Positions 39,541-53,069 of a stretch of 64,000 bases of DNA are shown one piece after another. A program made the translations under genes and the position numbers. The notes below the pieces were generated by a model, which was given only the letters and a program-made list of their open reading frames with translations, made no database searches and was not told the DNA's origin. Within the stretch, counting starts at the first letter, position 1; every line of letters starts with the position of its first letter. Source of the stretch: Octopus sinensis. Taxonomy: Eukaryota. The stretch lies in assembly GCF_006345805.1 (NCBI RefSeq), contig NC_042998.1:82894001-82958000 (forward strand). Direction: 5' to 3'.

Positions 39541-39888
39541 TCACCAGATACATAATGACAGAGTTATTTCACTAAATTCTTTATTATTTTCAAAATTAAT
39601 TGAAAAGAAAGCCAGTGTGTTTCACTAGAAATATAGAAATGATAGAGTTAAAAGCGCTTTCTATGGCTAAATATTTTTTTCATCACCTTTCAAATAATGG
39701 TACCACGTTCTTATTTACTTCCTTCTATGTATAACTCTAATTGACATAAAGTAATGGATGTTTCCACAAAATTTAACATTGTGCAGTGAAGATTTCCTTT
39801 AAAAAAATAATTTTTTCCTACACATCATTTTTTTCATTACATACATACATATATACAGACATACATATATGTGTGTGTATATATATAT

Positions 39889-39921
<33 letters not shown>

Positions 39922-39931
39922 GTGTATGTGT

Positions 39932-39992
<61 letters not shown>

Positions 39993-40116
39993 TAGTTGAA
40001 ATATATATATTTATATGTATATATATATACATATATATATATACATATATATCTATACATATATACACACACACATATATATATATACATATATATATCT
40101 ATACATATATACATAC

Positions 40117-40153
<37 letters not shown>

Positions 40154-40354
40154 CATATATATACATATACATATATATACATATATATATATATACATAT
40201 ACATATATATACATATATATACATATACATATATATATATATACATATTGATAAAACGGTAAGATAACAAAAGATAACAAAAACTCAGAGTTTTATCTTG
40301 ACTATCGAGTAATGTAACATATTATTGTATAGATATATATATACATATATATAC

Positions 40355-40385
<31 letters not shown>

Positions 40386-40426
40386 AACGTATACATATAT
40401 ATATACATATATATACATATATATAC

Positions 40427-40487
<61 letters not shown>

Positions 40488-40490
<3 letters not shown>

Positions 40491-40740
40491 GGAATTTATA
40501 GAAAAACAAAAGATGAAGACAGGTGTATGAACAACAAGCAAGTGTATTAGTTTGATGCTCGGGGAAAATGAAAAAGTCTTTTTCGTTTCGAGCCTATGCT
40601 CTTCAACAGAAAAGAATAAGTGAAAATAAACAGAGAGAGAATGAAAAACAAACTTGTAGATCAAGTGGTTAAGCATGGCGAATGATTAGAAAAAAGTTTG
40701 AAAAAGAGATTGAAAGAAAAGGAGATAATAAAATACTGGT
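40488..40740 (-). mobile_element. Penelope pLTR-like fragment with degenerate hammerhead
   Basis: Minus strand CTGTTGAA-GAGC-ATAG-GCTC-GAAAC; related copy at 54322-54498; both abut TA repeats. Confidence 0.6.
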
Positions 40741-41206
40741 TATCCCAAACGAAGGTGTGCATGCGTGTGTGTGCATGTGATAATGGTGTGTGTAAATGTG
40801 TATATATACATACGTTTCTGAATTTGCAAAATTCCTGTTGTGAAACTGTGTGTTGAAACAGCTATAGTTGTATTTTGGGATGGTCATTGTTTTGTTTCTT
40901 GCTTTTTTTTTTTTTTGCTAATTAAACATTCTTCACTCATTTATTACTGTTCTTATTTTAACTCATGTCCATTATTCGGAAGTCTTTCCTCACACATCTG
41001 TGACCACTTCAGTGACACTTCCCATCCTTGTGTATGCTCCTGCTCCACTTAGTCCGAATGCTTGAAGAAAGATTTCTGGACAATGGACATGAGTTAATAA
41101 CAATAAATGAGTTAATAAATAATAAACAGTAATAAATGAGTGAAGAATAAATACGTAGTACATGTGTTTAATTAGCAAATAAAGAAAAAAAACTACCATC
41201 TCTTAA

Positions 41207-41245
<39 letters not shown>

Positions 41246-41258
41246 ATGTATATGTATA

Positions 41259-41530
41259 GGTGCAGGAGTGGCTGTGTGGTAAGTAGCTTGCTTCCCAACC
41301 AGATGGTTCCAGGTTCAGTCCCACTGTGTGGCACCTTGGGCAAGTGTCTTCTACTATCGCCTCAGGCTGACCAAAGCTTTGTGAGTAGATTTGGTAGACG
41401 GAAACTGAAAGAAGCCTATAGTATATGTATGTGTTTGAGTGCGTGTGTGTGTATGTTTGTGTGTCTGTGTTTGTCCTCCACCCCGCCACCATTGCTTGAC
41501 AACTGATGTTGGTGTGTCTACATCCCTGTA
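41259..41530 (+). mobile_element. tRNA-derived CORE-like SINE (octopus OR-type)
   Basis: GGTGCAGGAGTGGCTGTGTGGTAAG...GGTTCAGTCCC...CCTTGGGCAAGTG; copies at ~47728-48110(+), 58630-59040(-), 62061-62435(+), 20170-20320(-). Confidence 0.85.
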
Positions 41531-41861
41531 ATATCTGGGACTAATGGGTATATGTCAATTAGTGTATTGGATGTGTTGAGTAAAGCACTAGTGTGGTTTG
41601 GACTACCTGGTGTCATCCACAATTGGGGTATATTTCCACTGGATCTACTTCAGGAATTTTACATTGTTAGTAATGTGACACAGACTGCAAGATTGATACA
41701 TCATATGATGCACAGCGTCCCATCCCATAACGGACAGTCACAGGATGGGTCAAAACAATTGTTGTACAAAATAAAGAATGATACCAACTCCATCTTCTGT
41801 TTACTTAATCAATTATCATTCATTCATACATACATACATACATACATACATATAAAATAAG

Positions 41862-42112
41862 TAAAAATGCACCCTTTTAAAGCCTAGCCAGGCTCATGGG
41901 CCCAGTTTCCAGTTTCAATGGCGTATGTGTTCCCCAGCTGGACGGGACGCCAGTCCATTACTGCGTTACTCATTTTTGCCAGCTGAGTGGACTGGAGCAA
42001 CGTGAAATGAAGTGTTTTGCTCAAGAACACAACACGTTGCCCAGTCCAGGAATCGAAACCACAACCTTACAATCATGAATTCAACTCCCTAACCACTAAG
42101 CCATATGTCTCC
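41862..42112 (-). mobile_element. tRNA-derived SINE (V-domain-like)
   Basis: Minus strand has A/B boxes (TGGCTTAGTGG, GTTTCGATTCC) and ATGGACTGGCGTCCCGTCCAG. Confidence 0.8.
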
Positions 42113-43324
42113 ACATACATAAATATGCACTACTTATAATGTATAGAGATAAAAATTGCAATCACCCAAAATATTTATATCAAAGACTAACAGAAGTAAA
42201 TGGCACTACTCAAGTATTGTTTGAAAATAGCATGAGACAGAAATATATGATCTGAGGGAGTATTAGCCACATCTAGATAATACATTAAAGTTCTACTTAT
42301 TAGTTTATGCATGCATAAAAATATACATAGGACATAAGACAGTATAGTGCAGTTTGTAGAAAACTGGCTGCTATTTCTACTATTTTATACCATATATAGG
42401 CTCCTTCGTTGGCTGAGACAGTGGGTAGTGATTTGAATGGTAAAATGGATGTTATTTCTATCAAGTACATCATCTACAGAGTAGACGATGTCTATCTCGC
42501 TGACTCAGACCATAATATGCAATTACCTGAGATGTTTATAATAAAGATAAGAATATTCATTAATTACATTTCACTATATTTATTGATTACTTTTAGGAAG
42601 AGAGACAAAGCTTATAGCTTTTTCCAATTCATCTAGACTGATCTACAGGTCTGGGAGTGCACTTGACACAATTACTAATTAACTTAGATTCCTGAATATT
42701 AGTTGTTAATGAGAAAAGACGTTCTGTGAGGATGGATTCAGTAATGTTCTAAAGTGACAGAAGAAGCTACTAATACAGCAATTAAAATCGTCATCTTATA
42801 AGAAGCTTCTGATATTATAACACTGAGATAGTCTACAGACAACAAAGCAGAAAACATAACTTAAGAAACATCATTTTATAGAGACTGTTGCTAACTAAAA
42901 GTAACAGAAAACATAATCAGATTTTGTTGCCATTGTTATACTTGTTTTGTTTCCTAAATCATTCTCATTGAGTTGACTATGACCAAAGGGTTCCAGTCAT
43001 GACCAACCTATCATTTATTTAAAGATAGTGTATTCACAATCACATTATTCAGCAAGGCATTCCATTTTTATTGATTTGTGATGCATGATTTCATAGAAAA
43101 GTTGCTATTGTTTTTAACAGGTCGAGCTTCTCATTGGTTCACTTTATAATCAGTAAATAGTTGACAGTATACACCAAGGTTCTCTCACATAAACTTCCCA
43201 GTAATCCATAATAATAATACCTCCCTTTTAACTGTCATGACCAATCTATTATGGGAAGTTTAAAAATAAACTGCACTGGTCAGATATTCATGTAATAAAT
43301 ATTAAAATGGGTTTGTTTATTTGC

Positions 43325-43390
43325 AATTTAATTGTACCATCATTATTTCTCACATTGATATGTGAGAAATAATGATGGTACAATTAAATT
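43325..43390. repeat. Perfect palindrome, 31-bp arms, 4-nt loop
   Basis: AATTTAATTGTACCATCATTATTTCTCACAT-TGAT-ATGTGAGAAATAATGATGGTACAATTAAATT. Confidence 0.95.
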
Positions 43391-43880
43391 TGGATTAGAA
43401 ACATAGTTCATTGACTGAGGAAGCAAAGCAGGCAACTCTGAATATAAACAAGTGGAGTTAGAATCTTTGCATGTGTTTGACGACATTCTAGTGACCAGTT
43501 TGTTGTACAGAAGGTTCATAAAATCATCATGAAGTCTCAAGAAATTAGATTAATTGATGATTTCATTATAAAGGGAGCACTAACTACATATTTAAGTAAT
43601 GAGAGAAATTTGATTATTTACAATGGATGATGACTTCACCATGAGAAATAACATTATATTATCTGTTACAACGTAGCAACAGGCAGAGGTGAAGACTATG
43701 CATCAGTTGATGAAGCTTTATTTATCTAAAAGATGTTCAGAGTTGTATCCCTTGTTTGCTCAGCCAAAATATAATGCTAGCTAATGCCAGATTTGTTTTC
43801 CTAATCACTGCATTTAACTGAAGTGAGGACATTTCTTGTGTTGAAAACATTGCAAATAATGACACACGTTATTGAAAATA

Positions 43881-44482
43881 CTGTAAAAACCCATGTAATT
43901 TATGCATTTTTTTCACAAAACTAAAAATAAACTTTAGGGTGCATAAATTACATGAGTAGACCATTTCCAGAATTGTTTTTTGTTGAAAAAAGACGTACAA
44001 AAACATAAACATTCATACCAGAAGTTGACTCATTTAGTGTTAGAATAGGTTTTTACAGAAAAAATGAGGGCTTAAATATAATGAAGTTGGCTTTTATTTA
44101 TGCTGGACGGTATAATGCTTACTTTTACTGTATAAATTTACTAAAACCATTAAATAGTTAACTACTTTTTGAAGACCGACGTTCATGTTGATAATCACGG
44201 TCTGGGCCAATTATTATAAACAACACAAACATTTTGTAAATTAATAGCTTTTAATGTGATATCTGTTAAACAGATATTATTTTTATTGAATGAAAATTTA
44301 ATAAAATCTAAACATAAGTGAAATTATGCTAAATACAACTAAATTGAAAACCTTTCAACCCTAGCCAGATCTGAAAACTTTTGGGTGCGAATTTTACATG
44401 AGTAGAAGCATTTTAACAACTTTTATTCTGAAAATCACCCGCATAAATTACACATCTGCACAAATTACATAGGTTTTTACGA
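43881..44482. mobile_element. Tc1/mariner/pogo-type MITE
   Basis: Imperfect TIRs CTGTAAAAACCCATGTAATTT / AAATTACATAGGTTTTTACGA with TA on both sides. Confidence 0.7.
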
Positions 44483-45011
44483 TAAATTTCAGTGCCACAA
44501 ATGCACATATCACTCATGCTGCCAAAATTTTCAGATCATTATCTTTGACAAAGACATAGTTTTAATACAAATTATCCACTATTTAATATTTCCCTAGAAT
44601 GATATTTAAAGTTCAAGAAAACCAAGCATTTCTATTCCAGGAATCAATCCAGACATTTTTGTTAATAACATTGTTATTCTTAGTTCACTATTATAAATCC
44701 ATCTCATTATGCTGAAAGATAATTGAAGAAGATATATCTTGCAGGTTCAAAAACTACCAAACACTTGTGTCATTGTTAGGATTCTATTTAAAATAAGTAA
44801 GTCTGAAATACAAAATTGTCCCCAATTCCCTAATGGAGCATTCTCGAATATGTGGTTAAGAAGGTTAGGTCACAATCACATGGGCGCAGTAAAAGTCCCA
44901 CAGTCCAGCACATTGAGCAAGTGTCTTCTGTTAAAGCATCAGAGTGACTAATACCTTGCAAGTGCTTTTTGTTCGATGGAAACTGTACAGAAGCCCATCA
45001 TGTGTGAACAT

Positions 45012-45043
<32 letters not shown>

Positions 45044-45180
45044 ATTGAGGTGTGTTCTGTTAAGAATGTATAAGAGTACAAATAGAGCTCATTCACCCTT
45101 AGAATTCCCAAATAGCCGGTAGTGTTCTTATGGTATGTTACGAATTCTAGTCTTAGGTATTCTACGTGTGTGAAAATATA

Positions 45181-45514
45181 AAGTAAAAAGTAAAGAGTCA
45201 AAAGGAAGAGTAAGTATGGTCAGGCAGCTTTTTAATCACTACAAATATTTCAATACATATAGATCCTCGTAAAGAAGAAGCCATGGATGTTGTAGCATGG
45301 AAATCTAAACTTGCATACAGAGACAGCAACTGAGTATCGCCTGAGGAGATACATATAGATCTTCTTATACAGGTAAATCGTTAAATAATTTAATTTAAAC
45401 TTAACTTTAAACCGTGTATATACGAGGATCTGTATGTATCAAAACATTTGTAATGATTAAAAAGCTGCCTAACCGTACTTACTCTTCCTTTTGACTCTTT
45501 TGCTTTTTACTCTT

Positions 45515-45515
<1 letters not shown>
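45181..45515. mobile_element. Fold-back element with near-complete hammerhead (45336-45457, +)
   Basis: ~90-bp terminal arms; ATCGC-CTGAGGA-[GATACATATAGATC...GATCTGTATGTATC]-AAAAC-ATTT-GTA-ATGAT; the other arm retains the G of GAAA. Confidence 0.75.
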
Positions 45516-45545
<30 letters not shown>

Positions 45546-45607
45546 GTGTATGTGTGTATGTGTGTGTAAATATATATATATATGTACGTATGTATATATA
45601 TATATAT

Positions 45608-45647
<40 letters not shown>

Positions 45648-45878
45648 TAGAGAGAGAGAGAGAAAGATACACACACTCACACATACAGAGAGAGAGATAA
45701 AAGATATACATGGGCAATGGTTTCCCCTTTTGACACATTGTAATGAAAACAGCAATATTCTAAGGTTGTCTTTTTTGTCAAGGTCTTTTCATATTCTCAG
45801 CTGAGTTCCACGTATTTTGTGTATTTGTGTGTCTGTGTGAGTATTTTTATATTAGCCAGGTCAGAAAATTGGTGTCGT

Positions 45879-46030
45879 TAATGGAAGGAATGTTTTTATG
45901 ATACTTTGGGGGTATCTTCTTCCATTATAATTATTCTGCTGATTCAAGGAGCTGGAAACACGAAGAATGAAGCTCTCAGGCAGAGTAAATTCAATAACCG
46001 TTTATTCACAGGTGCTTCATACAAGGGGTT
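45879..46030 (-). mobile_element. Partial LTR copy
   Basis: Near-identical to 49003-49158. Confidence 0.75.
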
Positions 46031-47087
46031 TCCCTTTTTATTTCATAACTTAGCTTTTCAATAAATAGTGAACAATAAAGCAAATATCTTACTGAAGTGA
46101 CTATTAAAATCGATATGTTTAAGGGTGTTGGTCTGCCTGTAGACCAATGATAGATCAATTAAAGCTGTTGAAGAAATTATCACAGACCTAACAATAATTG
46201 GCTAAATCTCTTGATCTGGCATGAACCACAGACCAATGAGACTAACAACAGTAAAAGAGAATAAAAGCCAATAAAAAGAATGAAAGAATAATGGAATTTC
46301 GACACAGAAATAATATAAACTAAACCAAGTATTGAAGGTACTTATTCTAAATCTGTCAGATTTGCTAAAGGTCATTCAAAGAACAAGTTAGCATTGGCTC
46401 AAGTCACTTTACTGACTTCATTCACTTGAATGATAATCAAATAAGATATCTTATTAATAGCATTGTAAATAGATATCAGACAATTAATCTGATCGATTGT
46501 GGTAATTTTTACACAATGTTTTGACAACTATATTCTTCTATTGTCTTCACTAGAAATAATGGTGTCAATAAAAAGTGGAAAGATGAAATCAATAATTGGA
46601 TCAATCTATAATATAAAGGAATATTAAACTGTGAAATGCACGGGTGGTGCCTTTAACGTTTAACTCAAATATGTCCGAAATATCATTAATCACACCTTAT
46701 TAAACCATGCAGTCTGTTTCCATTACTCTCATCTAAGAATATGAACAGTTATCATTTTTGTATTTGACACACTGAATAAAAAAGGTTACTGTCTGAATAT
46801 TAACTATGCAAATAAGTCAAGTTTGAATAGAAATTGTCATGGTTTTCTGTCTAAACGAAAAGAACTATGTAAAAAAAAAAAAAGATTTATTGAGGAAGGT
46901 GAAATGAGGTCAATAATTTCTTAGATATTAGTGCTATGTTTGAAAGGAAATAGTTACAACCAAGATTTAATGTAGGCCATAGTCTCAGCTAACCAAAACA
47001 GTGTTTCTAATCAGTGGCATTTGCAAAAGAGATATTTTTTGATATCTTGCAATTCAGCAGTCATGTTTAGAAAGTTAATCTAATTTA

Positions 47088-47432
47088 CATCTGGAGGCGG
47101 GGGACTCCAAACAGGGTCTCAGGGAGTAGTGTCGCTGCCTTCCTGAGCTACTTTTCCACCACATTTCTTAAAAATCGTAGTAGAGGCCTTGGTCTTGGGA
47201 CCACTCATGTCTAGAAACTGAGGTTGGGAGTAAGTAAGGGCATGCTCCCAGTAGAAAATCCAGCTCCAAAAAATTCTCATGACAGCAAAGGAGAATGGGC
47301 ACCAGCCAGCCCAAAGGTTGGGGTGGGCTGCACCTGCCTACTTCAGTTGCTATGGCTTTGAGATAGATCTGGCCACCTCTGTTAACAAGGACAAAACCCA
47401 GATTTAAAACACATGATGATGATGATGATGAT
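47088..47432 (+). mobile_element. Non-autonomous retroposon with (GAT)n tail
   Basis: GC-richer island with GTAAGGGCATGCTCCCAGTAGAAA (RTE-like) ending in ATG repeats. Confidence 0.5.
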
Positions 47433-48149
47433 GATGTTGTTGATGTTGTCATTGCTGCTGTTGCTATTGTTATTGTTGTTATTATTTAGTGTCCAGTCAG
47501 CTCTAATTGGTCAAATGGGTATTTTTTCAAATATAATGGCTTGGTGTATATTTCATGGAATGATGTACATACACTGAGAATTGAACGATGTATACACCAG
47601 GAATAGGATGAGGTTTGGTTGCTATTTCTAGAAAGTCACTCAACATCATGGAGGCATCCTCATTTAGCTCTTTAAAATAAATTATAACAGTAAAACATAA
47701 CTTATTTTTATGAACTGTAAATAATATAGGTGCAGACATGGCTGAGTGGTAAGAAGTTTGCTTTCTAACCACATGGTTTCAGGTTCAGTCCCACTGCATG
47801 GCACCTTAGTATTTTCTACTGTAGCCTCTGGATAACCAAAGCTTTGTGAGTGGATTTGGGGGACAGAAATCAAAAGAAGCCTGTCGTATATGTGGTGAGG
47901 CAGAGGTTATATTTGTCCCTCACCATCATTTGAGAGTAGGTGTTGGTGTGTTTACATCCCTGTAACTTTGTAGTTTGACAAAGAGAGACTGATAGAATAA
48001 GTACCATACTTTTAAAAAAAACTAAGTATTGGGGTTAACTCATTCAACTAAAAATTCTTCAAAACAGTGCCCCAGGATGGCCACCATCTGATGGCTGAAA
48101 CAAGTAAAAAACAAGAGAATTTAAACTATGATATGAACTAACAGAAATA

Positions 48150-49560
48150 ATGATGAGCAAAGGTCAATGACAACAACATTGCTCTCACCTATAATCTCAA
48201 GGGCGAGAAATGATCAGTGGGTTACATAAGGAAACCAATCTCTGATGGCCATGGCTGAACTGAAACCAGTATGGTTGTTTCCAGCTGTCACCCTTAGCTT
48301 TGAGATGTTGTAAACAAGGGTGATAGGCCAATAGGAAATAGGATCAGGGAGTTTCCTTCTAAAGAATGGAAGACAATTTTGCAAGTTTCTACACACTGAA
48401 ATGTTCAGAATGAGGGTGACTGGTCAACAGTAAGTAGGGGTAGAAGTATTTCCAAACATTGAGGGAAAACTATTGATAGAAAATTTTAGTTTGGTTGTAA
48501 TGGGCGCTAGCTTTACAGTAGATTATCTGTGAGATTGTTTGTAGATTGTGGAAGGTGAACAATCAGGACCAGTCTCACGATTGGATTGGAATAATCAGAA
48601 AGGTGTTTGTATAAGATTATTGTATGTTTCTAGTGAGGGGAAAAGATTCAAATGACTTTTGTTGTGTGTGAGAAATATGGAATTTGAAACAAAATGATCA
48701 GCAAATACAGTGACTTGATGAGGTGGTATCCTAGTTAGGTAGCCATTGTTTTTGAAGAGTGGTGATATGAGAATTCCAAAATGTCAGTAGATATCCTCTT
48801 GGAAAGAGATCTAAAGACTCATCTGCAATTTGATAAGTGGATGATCAGATTTTGTGGCCATACAATGCACAAACACCTACTTTGCTTTCCTGGTGGTGAG
48901 GCCTTCAGTATAACAGTTTCATGTTCAACATTAACACATAACCCTTGGATGCTCTCACCAAATACTGTTTATTGTCAGATAATATAATATCTGTGAGCTT
49001 ATAATGGAAGGAATGTTTTTATGATACTTTGGGGGTATCTTCTTCTTTCATTATAATTATTCTGTTGATTCAAGGAGCTGGAAACATGAAGAATGAAGCT
49101 CTCAAGCGGAATAAATTCAATAACCGTTTATTCACAGGTGCTTCATACAAGGGGTTTGCTTTCAGTAACCACCTTCACAGCAGTGCATAGTTAGCCTTCT
49201 CTCCCATATACATGAGGTTCAATAACCCCTGGAGATGGTGCATGTGGTATCACAGCAGGACAAAAGTCCGTTGTCAGCTCCTGGCTTCAAGGTCTTGCTC
49301 GTTGTCAGCATGAGAAGAATGAAGGGGAAATGTTGTTGCCTTTTTCTTAAATAATGGTTGCAGGTGAGATCTCACTATTTCAAAACGGGGCTGGCTTCTT
49401 TGTGCCTCATTACAAGCTTTTGGGAAATGCCTCAGGGAAATGCCTTGGGAAAAATTCCTGATATTGCACCTCACCCAGTATCCTGTTCTCTAAATGAATT
49501 TCAGGAGTTCCACCAAAGCCAAAATCTGCCTACTGGACTATTCATAATAATTTATGCAGC
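48150..49560 (-). mobile_element. Highly degenerate CR1/Jockey-group LINE, interrupted by a solo LTR
   Basis: DPISYWPITL (NYRPI-like), PYVTH, GESNVVVID and VFADHFVSNS remnants. Confidence 0.55.
49000..49414 (-). mobile_element. Solo LTR (Gypsy-like)
   Basis: Termini T(A)TAATG...CATTACA, 4-bp TSD AGCT on both sides, AATAAA on the minus strand. Confidence 0.8.
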
Positions 49561-49872
49561 CACCAGTAGCCATAGTTCCTTCACCTACCAAACTATTAAA
49601 TTCTATCAAAAACATTTAAAAAAAAAAAGTTAAAAAGAATGTCCTATGTTATGCTTCAGTTATAACATAGTTTATCTCTTTGTAGATCACACCAATCAAT
49701 ATCTTATGAATAAAAGCATTTAATTCTATAAAAAAATAGAATTGAGACTTAAAATCTCAGTTAATTAAGGTCAACATAATATCTTTCAATTCATGTAAAA
49801 TAAGCAAAATATATTTTAGAGCAGCCTCAGTTCCAGTGATTAGGAATAAATGAAACTTTGGGTTAATAAAAT

Positions 49873-50632
49873 CATGTTTGTGACATTTTAATTTCTAAAG
49901 GCAAATTCACTGCAGTTATCATGAAGAAAAAATTCTCTTAAGGTAAATGTGTAAAAACACCATATCTGCCCACTGCTTCCCACCATCAGATTCTGGTTAA
50001 AGAGCCAGAAATATCCATCAGGGAATCCAACAGCAGGAAGCTGTGGGTAGATAGGGTAGTTTTATACCTTCTGCCATAAGAGAGAATTTTTTTCTCCATG
50101 AAAATCAAAAATCAAATATCAAATCACAGTCAAAAATGGAAATTGTAGTTGTGGCTGATGCCTGTGCCGCCTAACTGTCTCTCGTGCTGGTAGCACACAA
50201 TAAGCACCATTCGTGCGTGAGTTATTGCCAGTACTGCCTGATTGGCTCCCCATGCTGGTGGCATATAAAAAAGCACCATCCAAACATGGTCGATGCCAGC
50301 CCCCATCGCCAACTGGCTCCTGTGCTGGTAGCATGTAAAAAGCACCACCTGAACATGGCTGATGCCAGTGCCACCTGACTGGCTCCCATGCTGGTGGCAT
50401 GTAAAAAGCACCCACTACACTCTCGGGGTGGTTGGCGTTAAGAAGGGCATCCAGCAATAAAAACATTGCCAGATCAGATTGAAGCCTGGTGCAACCTCCT
50501 AGCTTGCCAGTCCCCAGTCAAATCATCCAACCCATGCCAACATGGAAAACGGACGCTAAACAATGATGATGATGACGATGACGACGATAACTGCAGTGAA
50601 TTTGGCTTTGGAAGTTAAAATGTCACAAACAT
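49873..50632. mobile_element. Fold-back element split by an RTE 3'-end insertion (~50100-50585)
   Basis: ATGTTTGTGACATTTTAA...ATTCACTGCAGTTATC is inverted at 50586-50632; inner arms 49920-50100. Confidence 0.75.
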
Positions 50633-50803
50633 ATATTTTACTTCAGCAAAAAGAGAAACCAATTCTTTAATGCCCAATGGCAAAGGCTGTTGGTATAAAA
50701 CTCTACCCTAACTAACATTTGAGTAGAGTTTATTAGTGATAAGATTGTTAAGAAACTGGATTAAAAACACTAAAAAAATGCAACATTTAACCTTTAGAAT
50801 ATA

Positions 50804-51352
50804 CGAGGGTGAGTCAAAAAGTAATGCCATTTTGCTTAGGACAGGCATTATTACCAACACAGGAACATGTATCATACATCAAAATGAAGCTGGTCCTCTG
50901 TGGATCACATCCCTACTTCTCAACATAGTCACCGTTTCTCACAATAGCAATGTTTCACCTTCAAATGAGAGCATGTATCCCTGCCCCATAAAATTCTGTT
51001 GATTGTTCTTTGAGCCACTTCTTCACTATAGTCCTCACTTCCTCGTCACTGGAATAATGTTTGCCTCTCAAACCCTCTTTCATGGGGCTGAAGAGATGAT
51101 AGTCCAGTGACAAGGAAGTGAAAACTGTAGTGAAGAAGTAGCTCAAAGAACAGTCAACAGAATTTTACAGGGCAGGAATACATGCTCTTATTAGAAGGTA
51201 GAACATTGCTATTGGGAGAAACAGTGACTATGTTGAGAAGTAAGGATGTGATCCACAGAGGACCATCTTCATTTTGATGTATGATACATGTTCCTGTGTT
51301 GGTAATTATACCTACCCTGAACAAATTGGCATTACTTTTTGAATCACCCTCG
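50804..51352. mobile_element. Palindromic mariner derivative made of two 3' ends
   Basis: TA-flanked TIRs CGAGGGTGA; both arms encode the mariner C-terminus (DYHLFSPMKEGLRGKHY..EEV..WLKEQ..EFY..GIHAL). Confidence 0.9.
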
Positions 51353-51557
51353 TAAATGGCATCCAAGCAAAACTCGGTTATTTTTGGCAATGCCTTGACT
51401 TCACGTGATGTTTCCAAGTAACTGAAGTTCCATCTATTGAAAAATGTTACGTCATTGCCACAACAAAGAAATAATTTTTTGCTTGTGGGTTTTCAGTAAG
51501 AACTTGACGGTTTGAATAATGTAGTCCACATGTCCTTGCAAGGTGTGCATGTGTGCA

Positions 51558-51603
<46 letters not shown>

Positions 51604-51705
51604 GGCATGTGTGTATGTGTATGTGTGTGTGTCTCTCTCTCCGTGTCTGTGTGTGTGCAAGTTAAAGTGTGTGTGTATGTAAATGTGTATGTGTATGTGT
51701 GTATG

Positions 51706-51762
<57 letters not shown>

Positions 51763-52381
51763 AAGTGTGTGTGTGTGTATCTGTGTGTGTGTGAGCATGT
51801 GTGTGTGTTAATGCAAGCCATAAAGGTTTTTATGTTGTTTACAGTTAATGTTTCATTAACCTGAATAGTTTCAATTAAAGGTTAGGACTTGTTAAAAACC
51901 AGCACATAGAAAAATGTATTTTTCTCCAATTTCGTTTTGTTAACATTCTATTTTCAAAACTGTAACAATTTGCAAAATGGGATAGAAACCACTTACTCCA
52001 ACACATTACAATATAAATACGTATTTTTACATCTCTTTCTTGTTTTGTTTTTGTCTTTTTCTTTATTCTAGAATACATATAAATCATGCTAACATTGGAA
52101 GGAGAGGAAAATACCTTTAAAAAGCTAAATTGTTTCTGAATGCAATCAACAAATCCCAATTTAACTTTCAATTTCCTAGAAGTCACTTATGTAATTGAAA
52201 CTGATGTAAATAATCAAGTGTTAACATCAAAGATGCAGAATTTTGAAAAAGAATATTTATCATTCCGCCTACTTGATACAGAAATCTAACAAAGTTACAA
52301 GAAATTATCATTTTTTTTTTTTGTCGTTAAATTTAATTAACCAGCTCATCTTTTCAGATATGTACATTTAATATAACTTAC

Positions 52382-52476
52382 GTTTGATAATGTGCTTTGT
52401 GTTTGTTCCTTTTCAAATATGATTTGTGGAAACCAATCTTCCTTGGAGAAGCCTCATGAGTGAATTTGTTCAAAAT
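52382..52476 (-). other. Candidate 95-nt exon of an unidentified gene
   Basis: Acceptor TTCTCACTTTCAG, donor GTAAGT, one open frame (ILNKFTHEASPRKIGFHKSYLKRNKHKAHYQ); no recognisable homology. Confidence 0.3.
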
Positions 52477-53069
52477 CTGAAAGTGAGAAAATACCTTTTA
52501 AAATTATGTTTGTAATATGTTAGTTTGTCTTATTTGCTTTTCTTGTTTTGCATGTTGTTGGTTGTTTTTTCTTTTATTTTTCGATAAAATTCAATTAATC
52601 TGTTTAAATATCAAGATGAACAAATCTTCTGTAATGTGAAGTAATTTAAATCTTTACAACTGGTTCGGTTTTATTCACTGTAATTCATTAGAACAACATA
52701 AACATTAGACATGTTTCAAAAAGGCCAAAAACAAAATATGAGGGGACAAGATCATAAGTAGAAAAATAAACTGTATATAATTGGGCTGTTTATTACCAGC
52801 AATCGTTTAAAAATGGGAAACACACAAGGGAATTCGATGTCTTTCAGTCTCTAAATGTATTCATACAAAAAGTAATATAAACGACATTGTATATTTCAAG
52901 TGGAGTGGAATTGATGCAGGGAATAAGAGAAAAGATTTCTTTAGTGAAAGGTTGTGAACAGAGCAGTAAAACAAACAAATAGAACAAACATCCAAACTAC
53001 AAATATAAGCTTAAAACTTCAGTAATTCATGAAAAAATACACACATGTGTGTGTGTGTGTGTGTGTGTT

